64,000 nt of DNA. Origin: Eledone cirrhosa (Eukaryota). Location: contig OZ024754.1 in the NCBI GenBank assembly GCA_964016885.1, positions 29,140,001 through 29,204,000 on the forward strand, read 5' to 3'. The notes under the pieces were generated by a model. It did not search any database. It saw nothing but the letters and a program-made list of their open reading frames with translations, and was not told where the DNA came from. How positions within the stretch are numbered: position 1 is the first letter of the stretch; the number at the start of each line of letters is the position of its first letter. Of the stretch, positions 26,450 to 40,420 are shown piece after piece. The translations under genes and the position numbers were made by a program.

Positions 26450-27200
26450 GCAATGCGGCCCCCAAACCCCACAGTGGTGCCTGGCTCCATGCTCTGCCCC
26501 CCCCTTCTCCACTGGCACGCAGCTAGACAACCATAGCCTGCGAATCGGCGTTTCCCTGAGGCTCGGCCTCCGGATCTGCCAGCCACACCAATGTCGCTGC
26601 GGTTCCACCGTGGACTCTTTCGGCCTCCACCCGCTTTCCTGTCGCCACAGTGCCGGCCGCATTCCACGCCATACTGCCCTCAACGAGGTCATTAAGCATG
26701 GCTTGGACACTGCAGGCTTCACTTCCCAGCTCGAGCCGGTGGGGCTGGATCGAGGGGACGGCAAAAGGCCAGATGGCATGACCATCTTCCCGTTCCGCGG
26801 TGGCAAACCCCTCGTCTGGGATGCCACTTGCACCGACACTTTCTGCAGCCGCAACCTGGTGCAGTCTGCGACTGACCCAGGTTCTGCTGCACGTCGGGCT
26901 GAGGGGGACAAACTCCTCAAATACCGGTCGCTCTCCGACAGGTTTGCGGTCGTTCCCCTGGCAGTGGAAAATTCTTGTGTCCTCGGCCCCAGGGCTACCT
27001 CCTTACTCACCACCATAGGCGCTGAGCTGGCCAGCCGTAGGTGTGAGCCCCGCGAGTTGGAGTGGCTTTTCCAGCGCGTCTCCCTTGCCGTCCTCCGGGG
27101 AAACGCCTTCTCCATTCTGTACGCCGGGGCTGTGGGTAGGCCCCATCGCGTACCATTACATTAGTTAAATACCATTCTTTCATCTCATACACATATATAT
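26450..27200 (+). mobile_element. CRE-clade non-LTR retrotransposon 3' fragment (Zn knuckle plus RLE)
   Basis: SGAWLHALP, LRLGL..CRCG..HPLSC..RH, KRPDG..LVWDATC, KLLKY, VPLAVE..LG, QRVSLAVLRGNA. Confidence 0.88.
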
Positions 27201-27262
27201 ATGTCTATATTTCCTGATATCTCACCAAATTAAAACTCTACGATATTAATAATACATGCACT

Positions 27263-27294
27263 ATGTTGTTCTTGTTGCTGTTAAGGCTGTTGCT

Positions 27295-27327
<33 letters not shown>

Positions 27328-27473
27328 AATACTGTTACTATTGTTGTTGCGATTGTTGTTGTTGTTGATGTAGTTACTGCTACAGTTGTTGTTTCTACTA
27401 TATTACTTATAGTCACTATTGTTTCTGTTGTTGTTGTTTCTGTTGTAGTCATTACTGTTGTTGTTGTTGCTAC

Positions 27474-27508
<35 letters not shown>

Positions 27509-27554
27509 CAGTTGTTGTTATTGCTGTTGTTGTTGTTTCTGTTGTAGTCATTAC

Positions 27555-27588
<34 letters not shown>

Positions 27589-27721
27589 GCTACTGTTGTT
27601 GTTGTTGTTGTTGTTGCTGTTGTTGCTGTTGCTGCTACTGTTGTTGTTGTTATTGCTGTTGTTGCTGTTGCTGCTACTGTTGTTGTTGTTTTTTCAGTTG
27701 TTGTTATTGCTGTTGTTGTTT
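27263..27721. repeat. Degenerate (GTT)n microsatellite
   Basis: Visible directly. Confidence 0.9.
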
Positions 27722-28118
27722 TCTTATCTGTTTTCTTGCAATATTAATCGTAGTACAGGAAAAAACCAATAAACGAAAAACAATGTCATATTATTATAGC
27801 AGATTTATTTACAGCAAAAAAATCATCATCACCATAATCATCACCACCATCATCACTATCATCATAACATGAGCAACCACCACCATCACCACAACTACCA
27901 CCACCATTATCATCACCATCATCGCTACAACCACCGCCATCACCACCATAACCACCACCATCACAACCACCACAAGAATGGATCAAACATGTATGCATAC
28001 ATACACACATTCATACATATATATAACATATACATACATACATAATACATACATACATAATGATGGCTGCCCCTCGTTATCGAGTATGGCCATTGCACGA
28101 TATACCATTATTAATAAT

Positions 28119-28300
28119 TGTTTCTACTTTTGGCACAAGGCCAGCAATTACCCAGTACATTACTGGTACTTTATTTTATCGACCCCGTAAGGATGAAAGG
28201 CAAAGTTAACCTCGGCGGGATTTGAACTCAGACCGTAAAGGGGCGTAACTATGCTGGAAAGCATGGCGTCCGACTCTCTACTGATACTGCCAATCCACCG
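28119..28300 (-). mobile_element. tRNA-SINE, full length
   Basis: A and B boxes and body present on the minus strand. Confidence 0.92.
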
Positions 28301-28794
28301 TGAGGAAAGACTGTGCACTGAGCCAATCCCACTCTCTGAGCGACAGTAGCTATAACCCGAAAAGGAGAAAAATCAACATCATCGGTAACTACTGAGCCGC
28401 AGGTTTTATGTCGGAGTTATCCCAGTTTCCTGAGTTGCCTTCTCCTAGAAGAATGCCCTGACAAAGGCTAGGGGTCCTTCACTCCCAATGGTTTAACCAC
28501 GTGATCGAGTATCCAGCCCGATTATTTCTATGTTCCCGCACATATATACTCATATGTATACATGTATATACATATATACATATGTATATACCTATTTACA
28601 CATTTTTGGATAGGCGTTGACTCATGAGTCCTTCCGCCCTTTGTTAGGTTTTGTTTATTGTCCCGCAGGGTGTCCAAAATCACCCGCCTCACCAAGTAAA
28701 CTTGATGGGGTTGCCGGTTTAGTCACCGACGACCCGACCATGTGACAGGTTGTATTGGGCTACATGTTACCAGTAGCACTCAAGAGTGACCCGA
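28301..28794 (-). mobile_element. Probable RTE 5' UTR remnant (non-autonomous RTE derivative)
   Basis: gagttgccttctcctag..acaaaggct motif (also at 29360-29410) recalls RTE 5' regions. A matching RTE-like 3' end is at 28059-28105. Confidence 0.4.
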
Positions 28795-28851
28795 CATACA
28801 TACATACATACATACATACATACATACATACATACATACATACATACATAC

Positions 28852-29482
28852 ATGATGGCTGCCAACTCGTTTTCGAGTACGGCCACTACTTTATATCCAT
28901 GTAGGAGAACCCCTACCGATGCGCTGAACGAGTGTGACTTTTTAGTTCAGCCAGCGACTTGAAAACTCTGGTACAAAGACTACACTTGTGACAATTATTG
29001 AGACATATATACATACATACATACATACATGGTGGCTGCTAACTCGTTTTCGAGTACGGCCACTACTTTATATCCATGTAGGAGAACCCCTACCGATGCG
29101 CTGAACGAGTGTGACTTTTTAGTCCAGCCAGCGACTTAAAAACTCTGGTACAAACACTACACTTGTGACAATTATTGACACATAGTGCTGGGCCCATGGT
29201 ACCAGATATAAAGCAATGCCTGTGCCGTGAAGCTTTTATAGTGAGCAAAGGCACTGCACAAAGTCAGTCCCACTTTCTTAACCAAGATGATATTTACCAA
29301 AAAGAAGAACAAGTCAACATCATTGGATACCATCAGGGTTGCAGATGTTATATCAGAGTTTTCCTTCTAGAATTCTGCATTGACAAAGGCTAAGGGGTCA
29401 TCTCTCCCGATGATTTTCGATGGCCATTGACTCTTAAGAGCTCCTTTGCCCTTTGACATACATACATACATACATACATACA

Positions 29483-29516
<34 letters not shown>

Positions 29517-29678
29517 CATACATACATGGTGGCTGCCAACTCGTTTTCGAGTACGGCCACTACTTCATATCCATGTAGGAGAACCCCTACCGATGCGCTG
29601 AACGAGTGTGACTTATTAGTCCAGCCAGCGACTTGAAAACTCTGGTACAAACACTGCACTTGTGACAATTATTGACAC
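28852..29678 (-). mobile_element. Three tandem RTE 3' ends with (TATG)n tails
   Basis: About 150 bp unit at 28852, 29029 and 29526. Minus strand encodes CSVCTRVFKSLAGLKSHTRSAHR* (C2H2 finger), a short 3' UTR and (TATG)n. Confidence 0.8.
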
Positions 29679-29748
29679 ATACATACATACATACATACAT
29701 ACATACCTACATACATACATATTTAACAACATTATGACAGGTAAATCT

Positions 29749-29936
29749 AGGGTGGTGGCTTGGCAGTATCGGTAGAGGGTCGGACGCCATGCTTTCCAGC
29801 ATATAGTTACGTCCCTTTGCGGTCTGAGTTCAAATCCCACCGAGGTTAACTTTGCCTTTCATCCTTACGGGGTCGATAAAATAAAGTACCAGTAATGCAC
29901 TGGGTAATTGATGGCCTTGTGCCAAAAGTAGAAACA
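29749..29936 (+). mobile_element. tRNA-SINE, full length, 18 bp TSD
   Basis: TSD attatgacaggtaaatct. A-box tggcagtatcgg, B-box gagttcaaatccc. Confidence 0.95.
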
Positions 29937-30859
29937 ATTATGACAGGTAAATCTGTTTATATGAAATGTAGTCCACCGAAATAACTATAACATCATAACC
30001 GGAAATATCTATCACGAAACCCACGGGTTTAAACCAAATTAAGCTGGCTTCACCCTCCTCATCTCCTTCTGGTCTCCGAAACAGTTAATAGCTGACACCT
30101 GGCAGCAACTATCACTGGTTATTAAGGCTCTACAGTTGGGCCAGCAAATATGTCGTGCACAAAGCAATATCTTATCTCAACCAACGTCTCCACATTCACA
30201 TTCACTTACGAATTTCTAACATTTCACAAGAAAATGCTTTTATCTGAGGACACTACGTTTAGCAACCTCTTGATATGACACTCTCTGTTATATCAAACCT
30301 TTTACATATTCTAGTTGTGGTAAATCTCTCACATGGTGTCGCCGTATAAAATACCACAAATATAAATATCAAAATTAACAATTCGGGTTTTCTTGTTGGT
30401 CTGTCTCAATTCATTATTGTTCCTGATAGTTCTTCAACCACATCAATGAGCACGTACAGCATTGTACAACTCAACGACCAATTTCAACACTCTCCAACAC
30501 AAAACCACCACAAACTAAAACACAGCAGCCAACGACAAAACCACTAAATTGACAACCACAGACATATCTGCTAAACAGACATATAAGTATGTGTATTGGG
30601 AAAGAGGGGGAAAGGCAGAGAGACAGTACACTTGATAGAAACACACTTTAGAACATTTACACTGACCGATACTTTTCTTTTCTTTTCATTTGTGTTCCAT
30701 GAATTCTAAATAAAATTGTTCAGAGCGTCTATGACAGTGTAGCGTTTATGTGACAAAAATCCAGTACAATCGTTATTATATAAATAGAATTCTAGTTACA
30801 TAATATAATTTGAAGTACAACTTTTTACTGAGGGGAAAGAATATATAAATAAATATCCA

Positions 30860-31662
30860 AAACATAAACATACACATACCGACCATAATGAAATATGGAA
30901 TGATACGCGATGCCCCCCCCCCCCCAGCCCCGGCGGTCAGAATGGAGAAGGCGTTTCCCCGTAGGACAGCAAGGCAGACGCGCTGGAAAAGCCACTCCAA
31001 CTCGAGGGGCTCACATCTGCGGCTGGCCAGCTCAGCGCCTATGGTGGGAGTAGGGAGGTAGCCCTAGGGCCAAGGACACCAGAAGTCTCCACTGCCAGGG
31101 ATACAACCGCAAACCTGTCGGAGAGCGACCGGTATTTGAGGAGTTTAACCTACTCAGCCCAACGTGCAACAGAACCCGAGTTAGTCTCAGACTGCACCAG
31201 GTTGCGGCTGCAGAAAGTGTCGGTGCAAGTGGCATCCCAGACGAGGGGTTTGCCACCGCTGAACGCGAAGATGGTCATGCCATCTAGCCTTTTGCCGTCC
31301 CCTCGGTCCAGCCCCACCGGCTCGAGCTGGGGAGGGATGCCTGCAGCGTCCAAGCCATGCTTTATGACCTCGTTGAGGTCAGCATGGCGCGGAAGGCGGT
31401 CGGCACTGTGGCAACAGGAAAGCGGGTGGAGGCCGAAAGAGTCCACGGTGGCTCCGCAGCGACATTGGTGTGGCTCGCAGATCCGGAGGCCGAGCCTCAA
31501 GGAAACGTCGATGCGCAGGCTATTGTTGTCTAGCTGCGTGCCAGTGGAGAAGGAGGGCAGGGCATGGAGCTAGGCACCACTGTGCAAGGCGATGCTGGTC
31601 GAGCTGGCGCGTGAGCCTGTCTGAGGCCAGGCTGCACTGGATGGCATCCCAATTGAGGCAAT
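30860..31662 (-). mobile_element. CRE-clade retrotransposon 3' fragment, second copy
   Basis: Frameshifted inverted paralogue of 26450-27200 (KRLDGMTIF..LVWDATC, QRVCLAVLRGNA). Confidence 0.88.
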
Positions 31663-32030
31663 TGCTATGATAACTATTATGATACATCGCCATTGAATGT
31701 CTAACTGTAAGATAAATTGCAATCAAAATAAGTTTCTTTAAACAATCAACTTCAAACATCGACTGACTTTGTACGACGCAAGCAATCAACTTTATAATAT
31801 TCACAGTCATGATAAAGAGGATTATAAATCAATCAGAGACAGTTGTGGAAAATACATGATGGCACATTGCCATATGGCTGAAACAAGCAAATAAAAGACA
31901 TTTAAATATTATATTAACGATTCTTCTTATTTTAATCATTTATTTTATTACATAGAAAAGCTAACAATATCTGCACTGCAAACTAACAATATGACGGCTC
32001 AGCTACTGAGATTAAATGTAATAGAGTAAC

Positions 32031-32218
32031 AGGGCGGTGAATTGGCAGTATCGGTAGAGGGTTGGACGCCATGCTTTGACGCATAGAGTTACGGCCCTTG
32101 CCATTCTGAGTTCAAATCCCGCCGAGGTTAACTTTGCCTTTCATCCTTATGGGGTCGATAAAATAAAGTACCAGTAATGTACTGGATAATTGCTGGCCTT
32201 GTGCCAAAAGTAGAAACA
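32031..32218 (+). mobile_element. tRNA-SINE, full length, 20 bp TSD
   Basis: TSD attaaatgtaatagagtaac at 32011-32030 and 32219-32238. Confidence 0.95.
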
Positions 32219-32340
32219 ATTAAATGTAATAGAGTAACTGGTTGATATGGAAATGAGTAATTCTTCAGAGATAACATTACCTCATACAACAATGCACGTA
32301 TAAAAATGATAGTTCATGCTATTCTGTCCGAACTTCAGAT

Positions 32341-32571
32341 CTGGTGTGGATAACCTGTGGTTTTAAGGCCACATGTGACTCTCTGAAAGATTAAGTGCGG
32401 CCTTCTGAAAAACAAGGATGCCTCTAAGGTCCAAAAAGGTGGATTCACATTTGTGGTACCAACTCAAGTTAAGAACTTCTACGTTGGAACTAAACGTTGA
32501 AATGCTTTCCCAGAAACAGCAATCACAAAAAGCTACTGTGGTCTTCTAGCACAAAAGGTTCCTTAACCCTG
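32341..32571. mobile_element. Degenerate hAT-like MITE
   Basis: ..gtgtggataacctgtgg..ggccacatgtg..gcggcc.. and ..aaaaggttccttaaccctg resemble hAT/Charlie MITE ends. Confidence 0.4.
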
Positions 32572-34196
32572 ACCTAAATCTTTTTCCCAATCTGACTACA
32601 GGTAAACATCGGAATACTACATCACTTGTCAATTTAGGGTTTAACAACAAAAAGCATCCTCTCAAAATATACGTAATTTCCAATAGCCCGATACACATCA
32701 GTTTTATCTTCACTATAAAGCACAAACGCAGTCAAAGCTGGTGTCTGGGTATTTTGCGCCCTAAGTTAGACCTATAATATATACTCCATTCTCACGAAAT
32801 AATTTTAACTTGATAAGTTTGCTAATCTGGTGAGCCTAGTTTTTGCAGATTGTAGGACTTAGTCAAATACCTCCTAATGTTTAGCTAAACACTTTCGTGA
32901 TTGTATTTCTATTGAAATACAATCAGTTTCAATTACTGAAAACGTTTGAGTAATTTACTAAAATTATTAATTATTTCATTACTATAATAGTAACTTATCA
33001 CTTTAAAATTGATTATTTTGTTTCATAGAACCAGAACCAGTTTTGGCCGGGCTAGTATCAAAGGGTGAAAGTTGTGTGAAATCTCCAAACCTATTTTGCT
33101 ATAAATAAACCATATAAGGTCAGTTTTGTTGTACTTTGTATAATTTTAACAATGAATTCTGATTGAAATTATTGATGTAGAATTTATTTTTATGTATTAG
33201 TATGAATGAAAACTCAAACAATGAATTAGAATTTCCCAGAATGACGCCGAAAGACAGTCAGGTTTTTTTTTTTTGTAAAATCTAACCTGAAAAGGGATTT
33301 GATTTTTTAAAATAATTTATCCTTAACACGATAAAAAATATTTCTATGTAGTATGTTCCATTAATAGCCTGGAGTATTTTAAAAATTAAATCTATATATA
33401 ATAGTTATTATGCTGTGCAAAATAGAAAGAAAAAATTAACGCTTCTGAAATACGAAATTAATTCAAATTGTCGTTAGCTTGAGAAAAGTAATTTCATGAT
33501 GAGTCTTGACTTAAGGGAACCCAACGTGTTTTGCGTCATCACCCACTTTGACATGGAAAAGATTTTCCTCCGCCCACCCGTATAATAAATATTCAAAAAC
33601 GTGACTGAACTGCATTCTGCATCGTAAAGGCGAAGGTGGATAACAGAGTAAGACATCTGGCATGAATTTGTTTCTTTGGTTGTCTTGTAAAACAAACAGA
33701 GATGGGAGGAGAAATGTTTGTGAGATTGCCTGAGGAATTTCAATTATCCATGGAGCTTCAAGTTTCATTGGAACTCACCATTGTCAGTAATTCTATTCTA
33801 TTACATAGCGGCGTCTCCATTATTAATGAAATTGCAAAGAGTGCTTCGCTGTATATATCTTATACAATTATATGTACGTCACATAGGTAGTCTCAGCTTC
33901 ATTTTCCGTGCAACATTTAAATGTACCATGTATTTTGAATTAAAATTTTGTAGGTTCAGTAGATAAATCACATCTCCATTTTACATAGAACATTTACCAT
34001 CTACCACAAGCCACATGCTGGCTTTTCACATCATATCTTGATTTGATATTATAGTGTTTATATGATAAAATTCTTCACATTTGAAGCATATCTGTCGGGA
34101 TTTTATGATATTAAATGATAATTTTCCGTACGGTGGTAATGTGTAAACAAATTATATTTAGTGTTAGAATTAATAGGGGAATCTATTGGTTTTATT

Positions 34197-34397
34197 TACG
34201 ACGGTTTGTTGAAAGGTTCATATACTGAAAAGTTTATAGGCTGACCAAGATACTATCATGGGATAACCAAATGAGGTTTATTTGGAAAGAAAATACAGTT
34301 ATTAATAAGAAGAGTTGAAATTAATGCATGCAAGATTTCACAGCTCTAGTATCAATCCTTCATAGTTAGCCTATGAAATTTTCAGCCAACCCTCGTA
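34197..34397. mobile_element. Tc1/mariner-type MITE
   Basis: TAcgacggtttgttgaaaggttcata ... tatgaaattttcagccaaccctcgTA. Same interior as 21655-22039. Confidence 0.75.
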
Positions 34398-36429
34398 TAT
34401 CGAATATTATTTAGAACCAGAACGGAAGTTGGATATCAAATATTATATGTTTAACGGTAAGGAAATCACATCGTCTCTTATTGGTGGTTAACAGTTATAA
34501 GTTAATATATGTTATAATATAGACATTATTGGTTCCGTCTTTGATTACGATTATTAGATATATCTCACTGTAATATTTGTGGAGGAGCTTAATACATTTA
34601 TGGTGGAATGAAAGAAACAAAGAATTATACTGAACGTTGGCAATAGGGAAAACATAAATTGAAGTTAACATAGAATTGATCGTTAAAATGTAACTTTATA
34701 TTATGTCGCAATCAATACCAGTTATTAAAATGATAGTTAAAAGTAAATTAAAGGCATTGTATTAAACTGTATTAAACTGTCAGATAAAATAATATAAAAG
34801 AAAAGCTTAATAGTTATTAAAGCTGAACTTTTGGTTAGATTATTCTGACTAGATGCTTCCTTTATACTTACTTTGCTTAATGGAAATGCTTAAAAGAAAT
34901 TTAATTATATCAGCTACTTTACATCTTGGCAATAATTAAGCAAGTCTTTTAGATCGTCCAATAATAATATATAAGACAGTGCGATAGAAAAGAAATCAAT
35001 ACTATAATAAAGCAATCAGAAAATCGCCAAACGCTGTTAATGTTACATTATTACCCAGTACTTTAATGGTTAGTATGGAGATTTATAATAGGAAGTGGTA
35101 GAAGAAAAGTTTTTGGCAGTAGATACATATCCTCTTGCAAGCATCTTCTCCACTTACGTTCCATTTTAGCAAAGTAGCCAGAGTTACACATTATAATAGA
35201 ATCGATTTTAATATTATCTAACACAGCTTTCTGGTCATTTATTATCCTTTCACTGTATATATCTATTCTATAAAATCTAGTTCAGTATTCAATGTTTCCT
35301 ACCGTAAAGATTAATAAAATAATATAGCAATAAAGAACCGGAGGTGTTTATGATGGATATGATACAGAGTTAGAAACATTTTTAAAATGTAAAAGCTGAT
35401 TTCACTGAAGAATTGCGATTGTTAGAAGAAAATGTTCTGTGAGGTCTTCTAGTTGAGTACATTTTGTTGCAAGCATTGGAAATGAGGTTTCCTAAGTAGT
35501 ACAACACTATCTCTCGACAGTTTTATACTCCATAAGCATGGTACCGATTGAAGAGCAACAATGAACGTAATGGTCCGAAGAATTTCTCTAGTAAGTTTGT
35601 ATATAATTCCGGCATTGGAATGTCTATTTTCTGAAATATTTACCAATTATTTACCAGTTTTCAGTTCCTTGATAGGGAACGAAAAACAGATTTTAAATTG
35701 GTCAGTGACCATGTAGAAAACTAACTACTCTCTTTTGTTTTTCTTTATGTATTATTATTATTATTATCAGCTGGCCTTGTGCCTAAAAGTAGAAACAATT
35801 ATTATTATTATCCGAGAGCAGAGAACCAAAGCGAATAGTGCAAAGCATTCTATCTGATGTTCTAAAGACTCTGCCAATTCACTGCCTTCCCACATAACAT
35901 GAATGATGATAAATACGTGATAATACATTCATGATAAATTTAAAGCCTGACATAACATTCCGATTTCTGTTAAAAAAAAAGAACCTTCAGATTATTTTTA
36001 TCAAAAGCCGAACTACTCAAATGAATAAACAAGTATATATATGTGTATAAATAAATAAATGAATAAATATATATATAGTATCATGCTAGCATTAATTAAT
36101 AACGGATATTCTAATAAGTTTTTAGAACAAAACGTACAAACATAAAACAATGCTGGTACAGCATTAATGCAATGAATACAACGGTAGACGTCTCATGCAG
36201 AGAAAACAGGCACTGTATAGAGAAAACAAAGGAAATACTGTCTATAAAAAAGAAATACCTATTAGAGAAACAACTGGTAGAATATAAACATAGCGTATAT
36301 TATTACTTCAAACAGCTGCAAATAATACCTAACAACAACAACAATAACAACAGCAATACTAATAATAAAATAACAATAATGATAATAATAATAATAATGA
36401 TAATGATTTCTTTATTGTTTATTTATTTA

Positions 36430-36470
<41 letters not shown>

Positions 36471-37363
36471 TAATAATGATTTCTTTACAATGATAATAAT
36501 ATAAACGAAGAGAAAAAGAGCAAAGTCTGAAAATCAGTGAACAAAGTAAAAATGACCAGTGTAAAGGATAAATTTCAATTGCAAACTATAAAAGCTGTCG
36601 AAATTATGATTCTCATATATACACATCGACTATACGAGCAAATCATTATAATATGTCGGCAAAATATGCGGCCATTAGAAAGAGCTATTGAAACAGAGTA
36701 CACCGTAGATCATAAAACAAATATTGACAGGAAGAAAAAAACATTAACAGAAAAAAAAACTATTCTCTATAGAATATATTACACAAAGGAAAAAAATACA
36801 AACACAATAACTACAACAACAGAAAAATAATTATGGAATAATGTTAATAGACAGATACAAACCAAATTTCTGTAGTCGATTGATTAGCATATTGCATTGA
36901 TAGAATAAAGAATAACGATATATATGATTGATACATGTTGCAAGTGAGCATTTTAAATTCAAGAAAGAAGTAACAAAAATGAAAGATATGATAAAACGAT
37001 TTCATGTTTTTTCTGTTAAGTTCGGAGAAGAAAAACAAGACAAAGACTCTCAAGTAAGCAATTTCATCCATAAATCTTGCCATTTCCCCCCCTAAGATCG
37101 TGTGAACCAGATGATGGTAATGACAGCACAGACTTACAATATGAAATATATACCAGATCATTATAGAATTGTTATAGCCTTGATGATAAATTACCAAATA
37201 GAAATGTAAACATATATATATGTATTTATATGAATGTATGTTAGTTTGTATGTATATATGTATGTATGTATATTTGTATGTATGTATATATGCATGTATA
37301 TATGTTGTATACAGATATTTATATATATATATACATACACACATTTTCATATACATGCACACG

Positions 37364-37420
<57 letters not shown>

Positions 37421-37561
37421 GTATGTGTGTATATATATATATATATGTTTATATATATAAGTGTGTGTGTTTGTGTGCGTCTGTGCGTGTATGTACTAGC
37501 GCAGTGGCATTAACATAGCGTGGATCAGAATGGAGGTGTATATGAAGGTTTATACGATATG

Positions 37562-37625
<64 letters not shown>

Positions 37626-37628
<3 letters not shown>

Positions 37629-39862
37629 GAATAAATAAACAGAGAACAAAAAACAGAGAGGCAGTACAAATGGTATGGTTTTTAGTTTCACGCTTGAGAG
37701 TGGGGGTGGGAGACGACGTTTCAGGCATAAGCCTTTCATCAGGAGGAGAACAGTGGGTAGGAAGAGAGTTCCGAGGGTGTGTGGGGGAAAGACATTTAAA
37801 TAAAAGGGGGAGAGAAAAGAGGCGACAAACAATTTACAAAGAGTAAAGGAAATTTTTTAAAAGTACAAATAAAAATAAAAATAAAAATAAACAAGGAGTG
37901 ATAGGGTGTGAAGCGTGTAGGGGTGGTGGTAGGTGGGGGTGGGGGGTGGGGGGCTGAAGGTGGTGTTTGTGTATGGGTGTAGGTAGGTGTACGTGTGTGT
38001 GTATATGTGTGTATGTTAATGTGAGAGTTGGGGGAAGAACGAGGTTCCATGTTCAGGTAAAAGGGAAACCGGTGTGTGCGTGAGGTGGGGTGTAAGTTGG
38101 TGTGTGCGAGTGGGTGGAGAGGGGTGGGGGAGGGGGCGTATGGAGTCCGGAGGATGGGTGTGTGTATGTGGGGATACGCACGTGTGTGTTTGTGTTTATA
38201 TGTGGTGTGGATGTAGGTGGCGTGGTTCGAAAATAATGTAAGTGTTTGTTCGTGTGTATGTTCCTAAGATATTTCCATGGAGTATGAGACAAGATGTTGG
38301 AGATTTCGCGTGTCGTAGAATGGATAGCTGGAACGATGACCGGTGGTGTGAAATCCTGGTGTGGTAGTGCGGAAGTGGGGTGCGCGCGCAACAGGGAGTG
38401 GTCAGAGGGTCAAGGCAGGGTGAAGAGATAGCAGTAGAGGAGGATGACAAGTAAAGAAAGGGTCTGTATGTGGTGTGGACTGTGTGTCTGTGTGTGCGGA
38501 GGTGCGGTGGGCAGGGGAAAGGACGGGTAGGTGTGAAAGGTGGAGGGAGAAGGTGGTGGTGTGGGGGGATGGTGTGTATATTAGTGGAGGTGTTAGTGGG
38601 ATGGGTGTGTGAGGGGGTGTAAGTGGAGCGGGGAGAGAGAGAGGGAGAGAGATGGTGTTGGGGACGGAGGAGGGAGTGTAGTGTACTGGTGTGTGTGTGC
38701 GTGTTTGGATATGAGTGTGTGTGTGGTAGAGAGGGTGTTAGTATTACTGGTGGTGGGGAAGGGGTTGAATGCGGGTGTGTAAGTGGGGGTTAGTGGTGGT
38801 TGGGTGTGTGGAGTGGGTGGTGTATCGGTGTGTACGCAGGTGTGGGTGGGGGTTAATGGTGGTAGTAGGGTGTGTGGATAGTGTGAGTGCGTGTATATAT
38901 GTACAGGCGTGTCTGGGGTGTGTGGGTGCGCGGGTGCTAGGGGGAGGGGTGGGGATGTTAGTATTGTTAGTTGGGGGTGGGGGAGCCGGAGTGGGTGGGG
39001 TGGAGGTGTTAGTATTATTAGTTGTGGTGTGGGCCAAGGTGTTGGAGCCGGCGAAACTGAGGAGTGTTTTAGTGGTGTTAGTGGGCGATGTGTGTGTGGG
39101 GAGAAGGGGGTCGGTCGAAGGCTAAAGGAATAGGGTGGGATGTTCAGGGCGGGGGTGTGTGGGTCTGTAGGGTGAAGATGGTGTGTTGTTCGGCCGTGAG
39201 GCGAGTGGCGGGTGTCCCATGGCATTGGATCAGGCCACAGACTGTGAGGTGGTGGGCGGAACCTCCAGGGGAGCCAAAGGGGCGGGCATGGGGGAACTCC
39301 CACCGATACGAATATCGCGGAGGTGCTCTGTGAACCGATCCGCCAGGCGACGTCCAGTCTGTCCGACGTAGTTTGCGCTGCACGCCGTGCAGCGCAGTCC
39401 GTAGACGAGATTGGAGGAGGTGCAGCGGAAGGCGTGCCGGACAGAGAGAGAGTGGCCGTTTGGACCCTGGAAGGTGGTGGTGTTGGTGATGTGGGGCAGG
39501 TGTGGCAGCGAAACCTGCAGCAGGGCAGGGAACCGGGGGGGGGTAAGAGCGTGGGATGGGGGTAGGCAGGTGCGGACGAGGTGGGAGCGGAGATTGCATG
39601 CGCGTTTGATGGAAGGGAGGGGTGGGGATGGGAAGATGGGAGAGGTAGAGGGGTCGGACTGGAGGCGTTGGATGAGGCGGAGGATGGTGCGGTGGAGAGG
39701 TAGGGTGGGGGTGGTAGGTGATGGGGAATAGGAGATGGTGGGTAGGTGTGCGGGGGCGCGCGATGAGGGCGGGAGGAGCGGTGGCCCGCGCGGGCGCGAG
39801 TGAGGGTGGTGTGGACGAGGGAGGGGGAGAGGGGGTAACCTATCCGGATGAAATGGCTGACT
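37626..39862 (-). mobile_element. Penelope-like (Neptune-type) 3' fragment: thumb, Cys linker, GIY-YIG remnant, long CA-rich 3' region
   Basis: FIRIGYP, PCCRFRCHTC, ADRFTEHLRDIR, HLTVCGL..RLTAEQHTIFTL. Ends at (TA)n with a minimal hammerhead. Confidence 0.75.
37714..37743 (-). ncRNA. Minimal hammerhead ribozyme (PLE type)
   Basis: CUGAUGA A AGGC UUAU GCCU GAAA CG UC. Stem I is weak. Confidence 0.7.
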
Positions 39863-39981
39863 AGAGAAAGGGCCTGGGATTCGAAGTCAGCATCTCGTTT
39901 TGCCTTACCTGTAAAAATTGTTTGCAGCTTTTATCTAGTAAATTAATCTCATGATGTGTCTCCGTATCCTTTAGAAAGGTC

Positions 39982-40045
39982 AATTGTTTAACTAGAAATT
40001 GTTTAACTAGAAATTGTTTAACTAGAAATTGTTTAACTAGAAATT
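39982..40045. repeat. Perfect 15 bp tandem repeat x4 (aattgtttaactaga)
   Basis: Visible directly. Confidence 0.9.
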
Positions 40046-40253
40046 TCTTGATTTGCGTTTTGAAATATCTTTTTTGTTTTTCAAAATACTTAAATGTTTT
40101 AAATATTCACATATGATGAACGCGTTATCCTCCTTTGTTTACATTCTTCGTAAGTAATTTTATTCTGTCCGAATAACTTGATAAAGTATATTTAACATGA
40201 TTTATATCAGTCTATTAATGTATGGTAATCCTTAAAGGGAAACTATATATAAT

Positions 40254-40420
40254 TGTTTCTACTTTTGGCACAAGGCCAGCAATTACCCAGTACATTACTG
40301 GTACTTTATTTTATCAACCCCGTAAGGATGAAAGGCAAAGTTAACCTCGGCGGGATTTGAACGTAAAGGGACGTAACTATGCTGGAAAGCATGGCGTCCG
40401 ACCCTCTACCGATACTGCCA
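40254..40420 (-). mobile_element. tRNA-SINE
   Basis: Body plus A-box, flanked by aagggaaact. Confidence 0.9.

Noticed and set aside
27256-27772. Poly-Val, poly-Thr and poly-Leu ORFs (mucin or membrane-like)
   Set aside because: Degenerate (GTT)n tract.
26450-31662. Inverted CRE copies as the TIRs of a composite transposon
   Set aside because: Copies are diverged, have different truncations and lack a shared TSD. Independent insertions are simpler.
32031-32122. tRNA gene
   Set aside because: A and B boxes are present but there is no cloverleaf. It is the head of a SINE with a TSD.
33474-33966. Cluster of short ORFs as exons or a transposase
   Set aside because: No recognisable motifs in any frame.
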